Source: Auanema rhodensis
Taxonomy: Eukaryota; Animalia; Nematoda
Assembly: GCA_964057225.1 (NCBI GenBank)
Contig: OZ059895.1
Span: 22,816,001 to 22,880,000 of the forward strand
DNA: 64,000 nucleotides
Reading direction: 5' to 3'
Numbering within the stretch: the first letter of the stretch is position 1; each line of letters starts with the position of its first letter. The translations under genes were made by a program, and so were the position numbers. Under the pieces are notes generated by a model that saw only the letters and a program-made list of their open reading frames with translations, was not told the DNA's origin and did not search any database. Shown piece after piece: positions 10,645 to 24,700 of this stretch.

Positions 10645-13600
10645 AAAATGTTTTTGGAAGCAATGTTGAGTGTACATGGAAACTCAACATACACTAATGC
10701 ATCATTTTTCAAACGATCATAACTAATTTTTGTATTAAGCGTTTCTCCATGTAGTATAGTGCATTCGATGCGGATTTTTAAGCTGCGTCGATCTGTGTTA
10801 TCAGATTTGCGCTAGCTTAAAAATGCACCGAGATATCAACTGATATAAGTTCACACTTATATCCTCGATTTTCACCCTGAAGAATTAATTTTTTCGTTGA
10901 ATAACATTGTCCATCGTCTTTGCCTTGAAAAAAGGAATCTAAAAACATCTACTTTTTGCTAAATTATTTTGAAATTTTTCGAAAAAATTTTTGTCAAAAT
11001 GTTTTTGGAAGCAATGTTGAGTGTACATGGAAACTCAACATACACTAATGCATCATTTTTCAAACGATCATAACTAATTTTTGTATTAAGCGTTTCTCAA
11101 TGTAGTATAGTGCATTCGATGCGGATTTTTAAGCTGCGTCGATCTGTGTTATCAGATTTGCGCTAGCTTAAAAATGCACCGAGATATCAACTGATATATG
11201 TTCACACTTATATCCTCGATTTTCACCCTGAAGAATTAATTTTTTTGTTGAATAACAATGTCCATCGTCTTTGCCTTGAAAAAAGGAATCTAAAAACATC
11301 TACTTTTTGCTAAATTATTTTGAAATTTTTGGAAAAAATTTTTGTCAAAATGTTTTTGGAAGCAATGTTGAGTGTACATGGAAACTCAACATACACTAAT
11401 GCATCATTTTTCAAACGATCATAACTAATTTTTGTATTAAGCGTTTCTCCATGTAGTATAGTGCATTCGATGCGGATTTTTAAGCTGCGTCGATCTGTGT
11501 TATCAGATTTGCGCTAGCTTAAAAATGCACCGAGATATCAACTGATATAAGTTCACACTTATATCCTCGATTTTCACCCTGAAGAATTAATTTTTTCGTT
11601 GAATAACATTGTCCATCGTCTTTGCCTTGAAAAAAGAAATCTAAAAACATCTACTTTTTGCTAAATTATTTTGAAATTTTTCGAAAAAATTTTTGTCAAA
11701 ATGTTTTTGGAAGCAATGTTGAGTGTACATGGAAACTCAACATACACTAATGCATCATTTTTCAAACGATCATAACTAATTTTTGTATTAAGCGTTTCTC
11801 CATGTAGTATAGTGCATTCGATGCGGATTTTTAAGCTGCGTCGATCTGTGTTATCAGATTTGCGCTAGCTTAAAAATGCACCGAGATATCAACTGATATA
11901 AGTTCACACTTATATCCTCGATTTTCACCCTGAAGAATTAATTTTTTCGTTGAATAACATTGTCCATCGTCTTTGCCTTGAAAAAAGGAATCTAAAAACA
12001 TCTACTTTTTGCTAAATTATTTTGAAATTTTTCGAAAAAATTTTTGTCAAAATGTTTTTGGAAGCAATGTTGAGTGTACATGGAAACTCAACATACACTA
12101 AGGCATCATTTTTCAAACGATCATAACTAATTTTTGTATTAAGCGTTTCTCAATGTAGTATAGTGCATTCGATGCAGATTTTTAAGCTGCGTCGATCTGT
12201 GTTATCAGATTTGCGCTAGCTTAAAAATGCACCGAGATATCAACTGATATAAGTTCACACTTATATCCTCGATTTTCACCCTGAAGAATCAATTTTTTCG
12301 TTGAATAACATTGTCCATCGTCTTTGCCTTGAAAAAAGGAATCTAAAAACATCTACTTTTTGCTAAATTATTTTGAAATTTTTCGAAAAAATTTTTGTCA
12401 AAATGTTTTTGGAAGCAATGTTGAGTGTACATGGAAACTCAACATACACTAATGCATCATTTTTCAAACGATCATAACTAATTTTTGTATTAAGCGTTTC
12501 TCCATGTAGTATAGTGCATTCGATGCGGATTTTTAAGCTGCGTCGATCTGTGTTATCAGATTTGCGCTAGCTTAAAAATGCACCGAGATATCAACTGATA
12601 TAAGTTCACACTTATATCCTCGATTTTCACCCTGAAGAATTAATTTTTTCGTTGAATAACATTGTCCATCGTCTTTGCCTTGAAAAAAGGAATCTAAAAA
12701 CATCTACTTTTTGCTAAATTATTTTGAAATTTTTCGAAAAAATTTTTGTCAAAATGTTTTTGGAAGCAATGTTGAGTGTACATGGAAACTCAACATACAC
12801 TAATGCATCATTTTTCAAACGATCATAACTAATTTTTGTATTAAGCGTTTCTCCATGTAGTATAGTGCATTCGATGCGGATTTTTAAGCTGCGTCGATCT
12901 GTGTTATCAGATTTGCGCTAGCTTAAAAATGCACCGAGATATCAACTGATATAAGTTCACACTTATATCCTCGATTTTCACCCTGAAGAATTAATTTTTT
13001 CGTTGAATAACATTGTCCATCGTCTTTGCCTTGAAAAAAGGAATCTAAAAACATCTACTTTTTGCTAAATTATTTTGAAATTTTTCGAAAAAATTTTTGT
13101 CAAAATGTTTTTGGAAGCAATGTTGAGTGTACATGGAAACTCAACATACACTAATGCATCATTTTTCAAACGATCATAACTAATTTTTGTATTAAGCGTT
13201 TCTCAATGTAGTATAGTGCATTCGATGCGGATTTTTAAGCTGCGTCGATCTGTGTTATCAGATTTGCGCTAGCTTAAAAATGCACCGAGATATCAACTGA
13301 TATATGTTCACACTTATATCCTCGATTTTCACCCTGAAGAATTAATTTTTTCGTTGAATAACAATGTCCATCGTCTTTGCCTTGAAAAAAGGAATCTAAA
13401 AACATCTACTTTTTGCTAAATTATTTCGAAATTTTTCGAAAAAATTTTTGTCAAAATGTTTTTGGAAGCAATGTTGAGTGTACATGGAAACTCAACATAC
13501 ACTAATGCATCATTTTTCAAACGATCATAACTAATTTTTGTATTAAGCGTTTCTCCATGTAGTATAGTGCATTCGATGCGGATTTTTAAGCTGCGTCGAT

Positions 13601-16600
13601 CTGTGTTATCAGATTTGCGCTAGCTTAAAAATGCACCGAGATATCAACTGATATAAGTTCACACTTATATCCTCGATTTTCACCCTGAAGAATTAATTTT
13701 TTCGTTGAATAACATTGTCCATCGTCTTTGCCTTGAAAAAAGGAATCTAAAAACATCTACTTTTTGCTAAATTATTTTGAAATTTTTTGAAAAAATTTTT
13801 GTCAAAATGTTTTTGGAAGCAATGTTGAGTGTACATGGAAACTCAACATACACTAATGCATCATTTTTCAAACAATCATAACTAATTTTTGAATTAAGCG
13901 TTTCTCAATGTAGTATAGTGCATTCGATGCAGATTTTTAAGCTGCGTCGATCTGTGTTATCAGATTTGCGCTAGCTTAAAAATGCACCGAGATATCAACT
14001 GATATAAGTTCACACTTATATCCTCGATTTTCACCCTGAAGAATTAATTTTTTCGTTGAATAACAATGTCCATCGTCTTTGCCTTGAAAAAAGAAATCTA
14101 AAAACATCTACTTTTTGCTAAATTATTTTGAAATTTTTCGAAAAAATTTTTGTCAAAATGTTTTTGGAAGCAATGTTGAGTGTACATGGAAACTCAACAT
14201 ACACTAATGCATCATTTTTCAAACGATCATAACTAATTTTTGTATTAAGCGTTTCTCAATGTAGTATAGTGCATTCGATGCAGATTTTTAAGCTGCGTCG
14301 ATCTGTGTTATCAGATTTGCGCTAGCTTAAAAATGCACCGAGATATCAACTGATATAAGTTCACACTTATATCCTCGATTTTCACCCTGAAGAATTAATT
14401 TTTTCGTTGAATAACATTGTCCATCGTCTTTGCCTTGAAAAAAGGAATCTAAAAACATCTACTTTTTGCTAAATTATTTTGAAATTTTTCGAAAAAATTT
14501 TTGTCAAAATGTTTTTGGAAGCAATGTTGAGTGTACATGGAAACTCAACATACACTAATGCATCATTTTTCAAACGATCATAACTAATTTTTGTATTAAG
14601 CGTTTCTCCATGTAGTATAGTGCATTCGATGCGGATTTTTAAGCTGCGTCGATCTGTGTTATCAGATTTGCGCTAGCTTAAAAATGCACCGAGATATCAA
14701 CTGATATAAGTTCACACTTATATCCTCGATTTTCACCCTGAAGAATTAATTTTTTCGTTGAATAACATTGTCCATCGTCTTTGCCTTGAAAAAAGGAATC
14801 TAAAAACATCTACTTTTTGCTAAATTATTTTGAAATTTTTCGAAAAAATTTTTGTCAAAATGTTTTTGGAAGCAATGTTGAGTGTACATGGAAACTCAAC
14901 ATACACTAATGCATCATTTTTCAAACGATCATAACTAAATTTTGTATTAAGCGTTTCTCCATGTAGTATAGTGCATTCGATGCGGATTTTTAAGCTGCGT
15001 CGATCTGTGTTATCAGATTTGCGCTAGCTTAAAAATGCACCGAGATATCAACTGATATAAGTTCACACTTATATCCTCGATTTTCACCCTGAAGAATTAA
15101 TTTTTTCGTTGAATAACATTGTCCATCGTCTTTGCCTTGAAAAAAGGAATCTAAAAACATCTACTTTTTGCTAAATTATTTTGAAATTTTTCGAAAAAAT
15201 TTTTGTCAAAATGTTTTTGGAAGCAATGTTGAGTGTACATGGAAACTCAACATACACTAATGCATCATTTTTCAAACGATCATAACTAATTTTTGTATTA
15301 AGCGTTTCTCCATGTAGTATAGTGCATTCGATGCGGATTTTTAAGCTGCGTCGATCTGTGTTATCAGATTTGCGCTAGCTTAAAAATGCACCAAGATATC
15401 AACTGATATAAGTTCACACTTATATCCTCGATTTTCACCCTGAAGAATTAATTTTTTCGTTGAATAACAATGTCCATCGTCTTTGCCTTGAAAAAAGAAA
15501 TCTAAAAACATCTACTTTTTGCTAAATTATTTTGAAATTTTTCGAAAAAATTTTTGTCAAAATGTTTTTGGAAGCAATGTTGAGTGTACATGGAAACTCA
15601 ACATACACTAATGCATCATTTTTCAAACGATCATAACTAATTTTTGTATTAAGCGTTTCTCAATGTAGTATAGTGCATTCGATGCAGATTTTTAAGCTGC
15701 GTCGATCTGTGTTATCAGATTTGCGCTAGCTTAAAAATGCACCGAGATATCAACTGATATAAGTTCACACTTATATCCTCGATTTTCACCCTGAAGAATT
15801 AATTTTTTCGTTGAATAACATTGTCCATCGTCTTTGCCTTGAAAAAAGGAATCTAAAAACATCTACTTTTTGCTAAATTATTTTGAAATTTTTCGAAAAA
15901 ATTTTTGTCAAAATGTTTTTGGAAGCAATGTTGAGTGTACATGGAAACTCAACATACACTAATGCATCATTTTTCAAACGATCATAACTAATTTTTGTAT
16001 TAAGCGTTTCTCCATGTAGTATAGTGCATTCGATGCGGATTTTTAAGCTGCGTCGATCTGTGTTATCAGATTTGCGCTAGCTTAAAAATGCACCGAGATA
16101 TCAACTGATATAAGTTCACACTTATATCCTCGATTTTCACCCTGAAGAATTAATTTTTTCGTTGAATAACATTGTCCATCGTCTTTGCCTTGAAAAAAGG
16201 AATCTAAAAACATCTACTTTTTGCTAAATTATTTTGAAATTTTTCGAAAAAATTTTTGTCAAAATGTTTTTGGAAGCAATGTTGAGTGTACATGGAAACT
16301 CAACATACACTAATGCATCATTTTTCAAACGATCATAACTAAATTTTGTATTAAGCGTTTCTCCATGTAGTATAGTGCATTCGATGCGGATTTTTAAGCT
16401 GCGTCGATCTGTGTTATCAGATTTGCGCTAGCTTAAAAATGCACCGAGATATCAACTGATATAAGTTCACACTTATATCCTCGATTTTCACCCTGAAGAA
16501 TTAATTTTTTCGTTGAATAACATTGTCCATCGTCTTTGCCTTGAAAAAAGGAATCTAAAAACATCTACTTTTTGCTAAATTATTTTGAAATTTTTCGAAA

Positions 16601-19600
16601 AAATTTTTGTCAAAATGTTTTTGGAAGCAATGTTGAGTGTACATGGAAACTCAACATACACTAATGCATCATTTTTCAAACGATCATAACTAATTTTTGT
16701 ATTAAGCGTTTCTCCATGTAGTATAGTGCATTCGATGCGGATTTTTAAGCTGCGTCGATCTGTGTTATCAGATTTGCGCTAGCTTAAAAATGCACCGAGA
16801 TATCAACTGATATAAGTTCACACTTATATCCTCGATTTTCACCCTGAAGAATTAATTTTTTCGTTGAATAACATTGTCCATCGTCTTTGCCTTGAAAAAA
16901 GGAATCTAAAAACATCTACTTTTTGCTAAATTATTTTGAAATTTTTCGAAAAAATTTTTGTCAAAATGTTTTTGGAAGCAATGTTGAGTGTACATGGAAA
17001 CTCAACATACACTAATGCATCATTTTTCAAACGATCATAACTAATTTTTGTATTAAGCGTTTCTCAATGTAGTATAGTGCATTCGATGCGGATTTTTAAG
17101 CTGCGTCGATCTGTGTTATCAGATTTGCGCTAGCTTAAAAATGCACCGAGATATCAACTGATATATGTTCACACTTATATCCTCGATTTTCACCCTGAAG
17201 AATTAATTTTTTCGTTGAATAACAATGTCCATCGTCTTTGCCTTGAAAAAAGGAATCTAAAAACATCTACTTTTTGCTAAATTATTTCGAAATTTTTCGA
17301 AAAAATTTTTGTCAAAATGTTTTTGGAAGCAATGTTGAGTGTACATGGAAACTCAACATACACTAATGCATCATTTTTCAAACGATCATAACTAATTTTT
17401 GTATTAAGCGTTTCTCCATGTAGTATAGTGCATTCGATGCGGATTTTTAAGCTGCGTCGATCTGTGTTATCAGATTTGCGCTTGCTTAAAAATGCACCGA
17501 GATATCAACTGATATAAGTTCACACTTATATCCTCGATTTTCACCCTGAAGAATTAATTTTTTCGTTGAATAACAATGTCCATCGTCTTTGCCTTAAAAA
17601 AAGAAATCTAAAAACATCTACTTCTTGCTAAATTATTTTGAAATTTTTCGAAAAAATTTTTGTCAAAATGTTTTTGGAAGCAATGTTGAGTGTACATGGA
17701 AACTCAACATACACTAATGCATCATTTTTCAAACGATCATAACTAATTTTTGTATTAAGCGTTTCTCAATGTAGTATAGTGCATTCGATGCGGATTTTTA
17801 AGCTGCGTCGATCTGTGTTATCAGATTTGCGCTAGCTTAAAAATGCACCGAGATATCAACTGATATATGTTCACACTTATATCCTCGATTTTCACCCTGA
17901 AGAATTAATTTTTTCGTTGAATAACAATGTCCATCGTCTTTGCCTTGAAAAAAGGAATCTAAAAACATCTACTTTTTGCTAAATTATTTTGAAATTTTTC
18001 GAAAAAATTTTTGTCAAAATGTTTTTGGAAGCAATGTTGAGTGTACATGGAAACTCAACATACACTAATGCATCATTTTTCAAACGATCATAACTAATTT
18101 TTGTATTAAGCGTTTCTCCATGTAGTATAGTGCATTCGATGCGGATTTTTAAGCTGCGTCGATCTGTGTTATCAGATTTGCGCTAGCTTAAAAATGCACC
18201 GAGATATCAACTGATATATGTTCACACTTATATCCTCGATTTTCACCCTGAAGAATTAATTTTTTCGTTGAATAACAATGTCCATCGTCTTTGCCTTGAA
18301 AAAAGGAATCTAAAAACATCTACTTTTTGCTAAATTATTTTGAAATTTTTCGAAAAAATTTTTGTCAAAATGTTTTTGGAAGCAATGTTGAGTGTACATG
18401 GAAACTCAACATACACTAATGCATCATTTTTCAAACGATCATAACTAATTTTTGTATTAAGCGTTTCTCCATGTAGTATAGTGCATTCGATGCGGATTTT
18501 TAAGCTGCGTCGATCTGTGTTATCAGATTTGCGCTAGCTTAAAAATGCACCGAGATATCAACTGATATAAGTTCACACTTATATCCTCGATTTTCACCCT
18601 GAAGAATTAATTTTTTCGTTGAATAACAATGTCCATCGTCTTTGCCTTAAAAAAAGAAATCTAAAAACATCTACTTCTTGCTAAATTATTTTGAAATTTT
18701 TCGAAAAAATTTTTGTCAAAATGTTTTTGGAAGCAATGTTGAGTGTACATGGAAACTCAACATACACTAATGCATCATTTTTCAAACGATCATAACTAAT
18801 TTTTGTATTAAGCGTTTCTCAATGTAGTATAGTGCATTCGATGCGGATTTTTAAGCTGCGTCGATCTGTGTTATCAGATTTGCGCTAGCTTAAAAATGCA
18901 CCGAGATATCAACTGATATATGTTCACACTTATATCCTCGATTTTCACCCTGAAGAATTAATTTTTTCGTTGAATAACAATGTCCATCGTCTTTGCCTTG
19001 AAAAAAGGAATCTAAAAACATCTACTTTTTGCTAAATTATTTTGAAATTTTTCGAAAAAATTTTTGTCAAAATGTTTTTGGAAGCAATGTTGAGTGTACA
19101 TGGAAACTCAACATACACTAATGCATCATTTTTCAAACGATCATAACTAATTTTTGTATTAAGCGTTTCTCCATGTAGTATAGTGCATTCGATGCGGATT
19201 TTTAAGCTGCGTCGATCTGTGTTATCAGATTTGCGCTAGCTTAAAAATGCACCGAGATATCAACTGATATAAGTTCACACTTATATCCTCGATTTTCACC
19301 CTGAAGAATTAATTTTTTCGTTGAATAACATTGTCCATCGTCTTTGCCTTGAAAAAAGAAATCTAAAAACATCTACTTTTTGCTAAATTATTTTGAAATT
19401 TTTCGAAAAAATTTTTGTCAAAATGTTTTTGGAAGCAATGTTGAGTGTACATGGAAACTCAACATACACTAATGCATCATTTTTCAAACGATCATAACTA
19501 ATTTTTGTATTAAGCGTTTCTCCATGTAGTATAGTGCATTCGATGCGGATTTTTAAGCTGCGTCGATCTGTGTTATCAGATTTGCGCTAGCTTAAAAATG

Positions 19601-21762
19601 CACCGAGATATCAACTGATATAAGTTCACACTTATATCCTCGATTTTCACCCTGAAGAATTAATTTTTTCGTTGAATAACATTGTCCATCGTCTTTGCCT
19701 TGAAAAAAGGAATCTAAAAACATCTACTTTTTGCTAAATTATTTTGAAATTTTTCGAAAAAATTTTTGTCAAAATGTTTTTGGAAGCAATGTTGAGTGTA
19801 CATGGAAACTCAACATACACTAAGGCATCATTTTTCAAACGATCATAACTAATTTTTGTATTAAGCGTTTCTAAATGTAGTATAGTGCATTCGATGCAGA
19901 TTTTTAAGCTGCGTCGATCTGTGTTATCAGATTTGCGCTAGCTTAAAAATGCACCGAGATATCAACTGATATAAGTTCACACTTATATCCTCGATTTTCA
20001 CCCTGAAGAATCAATTTTTTCGTTGAATAACATTGTCCATCGTCTTTGCCTTGAAAAAAGGAATCTAAAAACATCTACTTTTTGCTAAATTATTTTGAAA
20101 TTTTTCGAAAAAATTTTTGTCAAAATGTTTTTGGAAGCAATGTTGAGTGTACATGGAAACTCAACATACACTAATGCATCATTTTTCAAACGATCATAAC
20201 TAATTTTTGTATTAAGCGTTTCTCCATGTAGTATAGTGCATTCGATGCGGATTTTTAAGCTGCGTCGATCTGTGTTATCAGATTTGCGCTAGCTTAAAAA
20301 TGCACCGAGATATCAACTGATATAAGTTCACACTTATATCCTCGATTTTCACCCTGAAGAATTAATTTTTTCGTTGAATAACATTGTCCATCGTCTTTGC
20401 CTTGAAAAAAGGAATCTAAAAACATCTACTTTTTGCTAAATTATTTTGAAATTTTTCGAAAAAATTTTTGTCAAAATGTTTTTGGAAGCAATGTTGAGTG
20501 TACATGGAAACTCAACATACACTAATGCATCATTTTTCAAACGATCATAACTAATTTTTGTATTAAGCGTTTCTCAATGTAGTATAGTGCATTCGATGCA
20601 GATTTTTAAGCTGCGTCGATCTGTGTTATCAGATTTGCGCTAGCTTAAAAATGCACCGAGATATCAACTGATATAAGTTCACACTTATATCCTCGATTTT
20701 CACCCTGAAGAATTAATTTTTTCGTTGAATAACATTGTCCATCGTCTTTGCCTTGAAAAAAGGAATCTAAAAACATCTACTTTCTGCTAAATTATTTTGA
20801 AATTTTTCGAAAAAATTTTTGTCAAAATGTTTTTGGAAGCAATGTTGAGTGTACATGGAAACTCAACATACACTAATGCATCATTTTTCAAACGATCATA
20901 ACTAATTTTTGTATTAAGCGTTTCTCCATGTAGTATAGTGCATTCGATGCGGATTTTTAAGCTGCGTCGATCTGTGTTATCAGATTTGCGCTAGCTTAAA
21001 AATGCACCGAGATATCAACTGATATAAGTTCACACTTATATCCTCGATTTTCACCCTGAAGAATTAATTTTTTCGTTGAATAACAATGTCCATCGTCTTT
21101 GCCTTGAAAAAAGAAATCTAAAAACATCTACTTTTTGCTAAATTATTTTGAAATTTTTCGAAAAAATTTTTGTCAAAATGTTTTTGGAAGCAATGTTGAG
21201 TGTACATGGAAACTCAACATACACTAATGCATCATTTTTCAAACGATCATAACTAATTTTTATATTAAGCGTTTCTCAATGTAGTATAGTGCATTCGATG
21301 CGGATTTTTAAGCTGCGTCGATCTGTGTTATCAGATTTGCGCTAGCTTAAAAATGCACCGAGATATCAACTGATATAAGTTCACACTTAGATCCTCGATT
21401 TTCACCCTGAAGAATTAATTTTTTTGTTGAATAACAATGTCCATCGTCTTTGCCTTGAAAAAACAAATCTAAAAACAACTACTTTTCGCTAAATTATTTT
21501 GAAATTTTTCGAAAAAATTTTTGTCAAAATGTTTTTGGAAGCAATGTTGAGTGTACATGGAAACTCAACATACACTAATGCATCATTTTTCAAACGATCA
21601 TAACTAATTTTTGTATTAAGCGTTTCTCAATGTAGTATAGTGCATTCGATGCGGATTTTTAAGCTGCGTCGATCTGTTTTATCAGATTTGCGCTAGCTTA
21701 AAAATGCACCGAGATATCAACTGATATAAGTTCCCACTTATATCCTCGATTTTCACCCTGAA

Positions 21763-21776
21763 GAATTATTTTTGTC
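21763..21776. repeat. 100-bp deletion junction 4
   Basis: Same junction; 11132 bp (32x351-100) from junction 3. Confidence 0.95.
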
Positions 21777-24700
21777 AAAATGTTTTTGGAAGCAATGTTG
21801 AGTGTACATGGAAACTCAACATACACTAATGCATCATTTTTCAAACGATCATAACTAATTTTTGTATTAAGCGTTTCTCCATGTAGTATAGTGCATTCGA
21901 TGCGGATTTTTAAGCTGCGTCGATCTGTGTTATCAGATTTGCGCTAGCTTAAAAATGCACCGAGATATCAACTGATATAAGTTCACACTTATATCCTCGA
22001 TTTTCACCCTGAAGAATTAATTTTTTCGTTGAATAACATTGTCCATCGTCTTTGCCTTGAAAAAAGGAATCTAAAAACATCTACTTTTTGCTAAATTATT
22101 TTGAAATTTTTCGAAAAAATTTTTGTCAAAATGTTTTTGGAAGCAATGTTGAGTGTACATGGAAACTCAACATACACTAATGCATCATTTTTCAAACGAT
22201 CATAACTAATTTTTGTATTAAGCGTTTCTCAATGTAGTATAGTGCATTCGATGCGGATTTTTAAGCTGCGTCGATCTGTGTTATCAGATTTGCGCTAGCT
22301 TAAAAATGCACCGAGATATCAACTGATATATGTTCACACTTATATCCTCGATTTTCACCCTGAAGAATTAATTTTTTCGTTGAATAACAATGTCCATCGT
22401 CTTTGCCTTGAAAAAAGGAATCTAAAAACATCTACTTTTTGCTAAATTATTTTGAAATTTTTCGAAAAAATTTTTGTCAAAATGTTTTTGGAAGCAATGT
22501 TGAGTGTACATGGAAACTCAACATACACTAATGCATCATTTTTCAAACGATCATAACTAATTTTTGTATTAAGCGTTTCTCCATGTAGTATAGTGCATTC
22601 GATGCGGATTTTTAAGCTGCGTCGATCTGTGTTATCAGATTTGCGCTAGCTTAAAAATGCACCGAGATATCAACTGATATAAGTTCACACTTATATCCTC
22701 GATTTTCACCCTGAAGAATTAATTTTTTCGTTGAATAACATTGTCCATCGTCTTTGCCTTGAAAAAAGAAATCTAAAAACATCTACTTTTTGCTAAATTA
22801 TTTTGAAATTTTTCGAAAAAATTTTTGTCAAAATGTTTTTGGAAGCAATGTTGAGTGTACATGGAAACTCAACATACACTAATGCATCATTTTTCAAACG
22901 ATCATAACTAATTTTTGTATTAAGCGTTTCTCCATGTAGTATAGTGCATTCGATGCGGATTTTTAAGCTGCGTCGATCTGTGTTATCAGATTTGCGCTAG
23001 CTTAAAAATGCACCGAGATATCAACTGATATAAGTTCACACTTATATCCTCGATTTTCACCCTGAAGAATTAATTTTTTCGTTGAATAACATTGTCCATC
23101 GTCTTTGCCTTGAAAAAAGGAATCTAAAAACATCTACTTTTTGCTAAATTATTTTGAAATTTTTCGAAAAAATTTTTGTCAAAATGTTTTTGGAAGCAAT
23201 GTTGAGTGTACATGGAAACTCAACATACACTAAGGCATCATTTTTCAAACGATCATAACTAATTTTTGTATTAAGCGTTTCTCAATGTAGTATAGTGCAT
23301 TCGATGCAGATTTTTAAGCTGCGTCGATCTGTGTTATCAGATTTGCGCTAGCTTAAAAATGCACCGAGATATCAACTGATATAAGTTCACACTTATATCC
23401 TCGATTTTCACCCTGAAGAATCAATTTTTTCGTTGAATAACATTGTCCATCGTCTTTGCCTTGAAAAAAGGAATCTAAAAACATCTACTTTTTGCTAAAT
23501 TATTTTGAAATTTTTCGAAAAAATTTTTGTCAAAATGTTTTTGGAAGCAATGTTGAGTGTACATGGAAACTCAACATACACTAATGCATCATTTTTCAAA
23601 CGATCATAACTAATTTTTGTATTAAGCGTTTCTCCATGTAGTATAGTGCATTCGATGCGGATTTTTAAGCTGCGTCGATCTGTGTTATCAGATTTGCGCT
23701 AGCTTAAAAATGCACCGAGATATCAACTGATATAAGTTCACACTTATATCCTCGATTTTCACCCTGAAGAATTAATTTTTTCGTTGAATAACATTGTCCA
23801 TCGTCTTTGCCTTGAAAAAAGGAATCTAAAAACATCTACTTTTTGCTAAATTATTTTGAAATTTTTCGAAAAAATTTTTGTCAAAATGTTTTTGGAAGCA
23901 ATGTTGAGTGTACATGGAAACTCAACATACACTAATGCATCATTTTTCAAACGATCATAACTAATTTTTGTATTAAGCGTTTCTCAATGTAGTATAGTGC
24001 ATTCGATGCGGATTTTTAAGCTGCGTCGATCTGTGTTATCAGATTTGCGCTAGCTTAAAAATGCACCGAGATATCAACTGATATAAGTTCACACTTATAT
24101 CCTCGATTTTCACCCTGAAGAATTAATTTTTTCGTTGAATAACATTGTCCATCGTCTTTGCCTTGAAAAAAGAAATCTAAAAACATCTACTTTTTGCTAA
24201 ATTATTTTGAAATTTTTCGAAAAAATTTTTGTCAAAATGTTTTTGGAAGCAATGTTGAGTGTACATGGAAACTCAACATACACTAATGCATCATTTTTCA
24301 AACGATCATAACTAATTTTTGTATTAAGCGTTTCTCCATGTAGTATAGTGCATTCGATGCGGATTTTTAAGCTGCGTCGATCTGTGTTATCAGATTTGCG
24401 CTAGCTTAAAAATGCACCGAGATATCAACTGATATAAGTTCACACTTATATCCTCGATTTTCACCCTGAAGAATTAATTTTTTCGTTGAATAACATTGTC
24501 CATCGTCTTTGCCTTGAAAAAAGGAATCTAAAAACATCTACTTTTTGCTAAATTATTTTGAAATTTTTCGAAAAAATTTTTGTCAAAATGTTTTTGGAAG
24601 CAATGTTGAGTGTACATGGAAACTCAACATACACTAAGGCATCATTTTTCAAACGATCATAACTAATTTTTGTATTAAGCGTTTCTCAATGTAGTATAGT

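Larger units (their letters stand above)
3862..21111. repeat. Super-repeat copy 1 (about 17.3 kb; boundaries approximate)
   Basis: Its ordered series of rare variants recurs in 21112-40116 at offsets of 17250-19356 bp. Confidence 0.75.
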
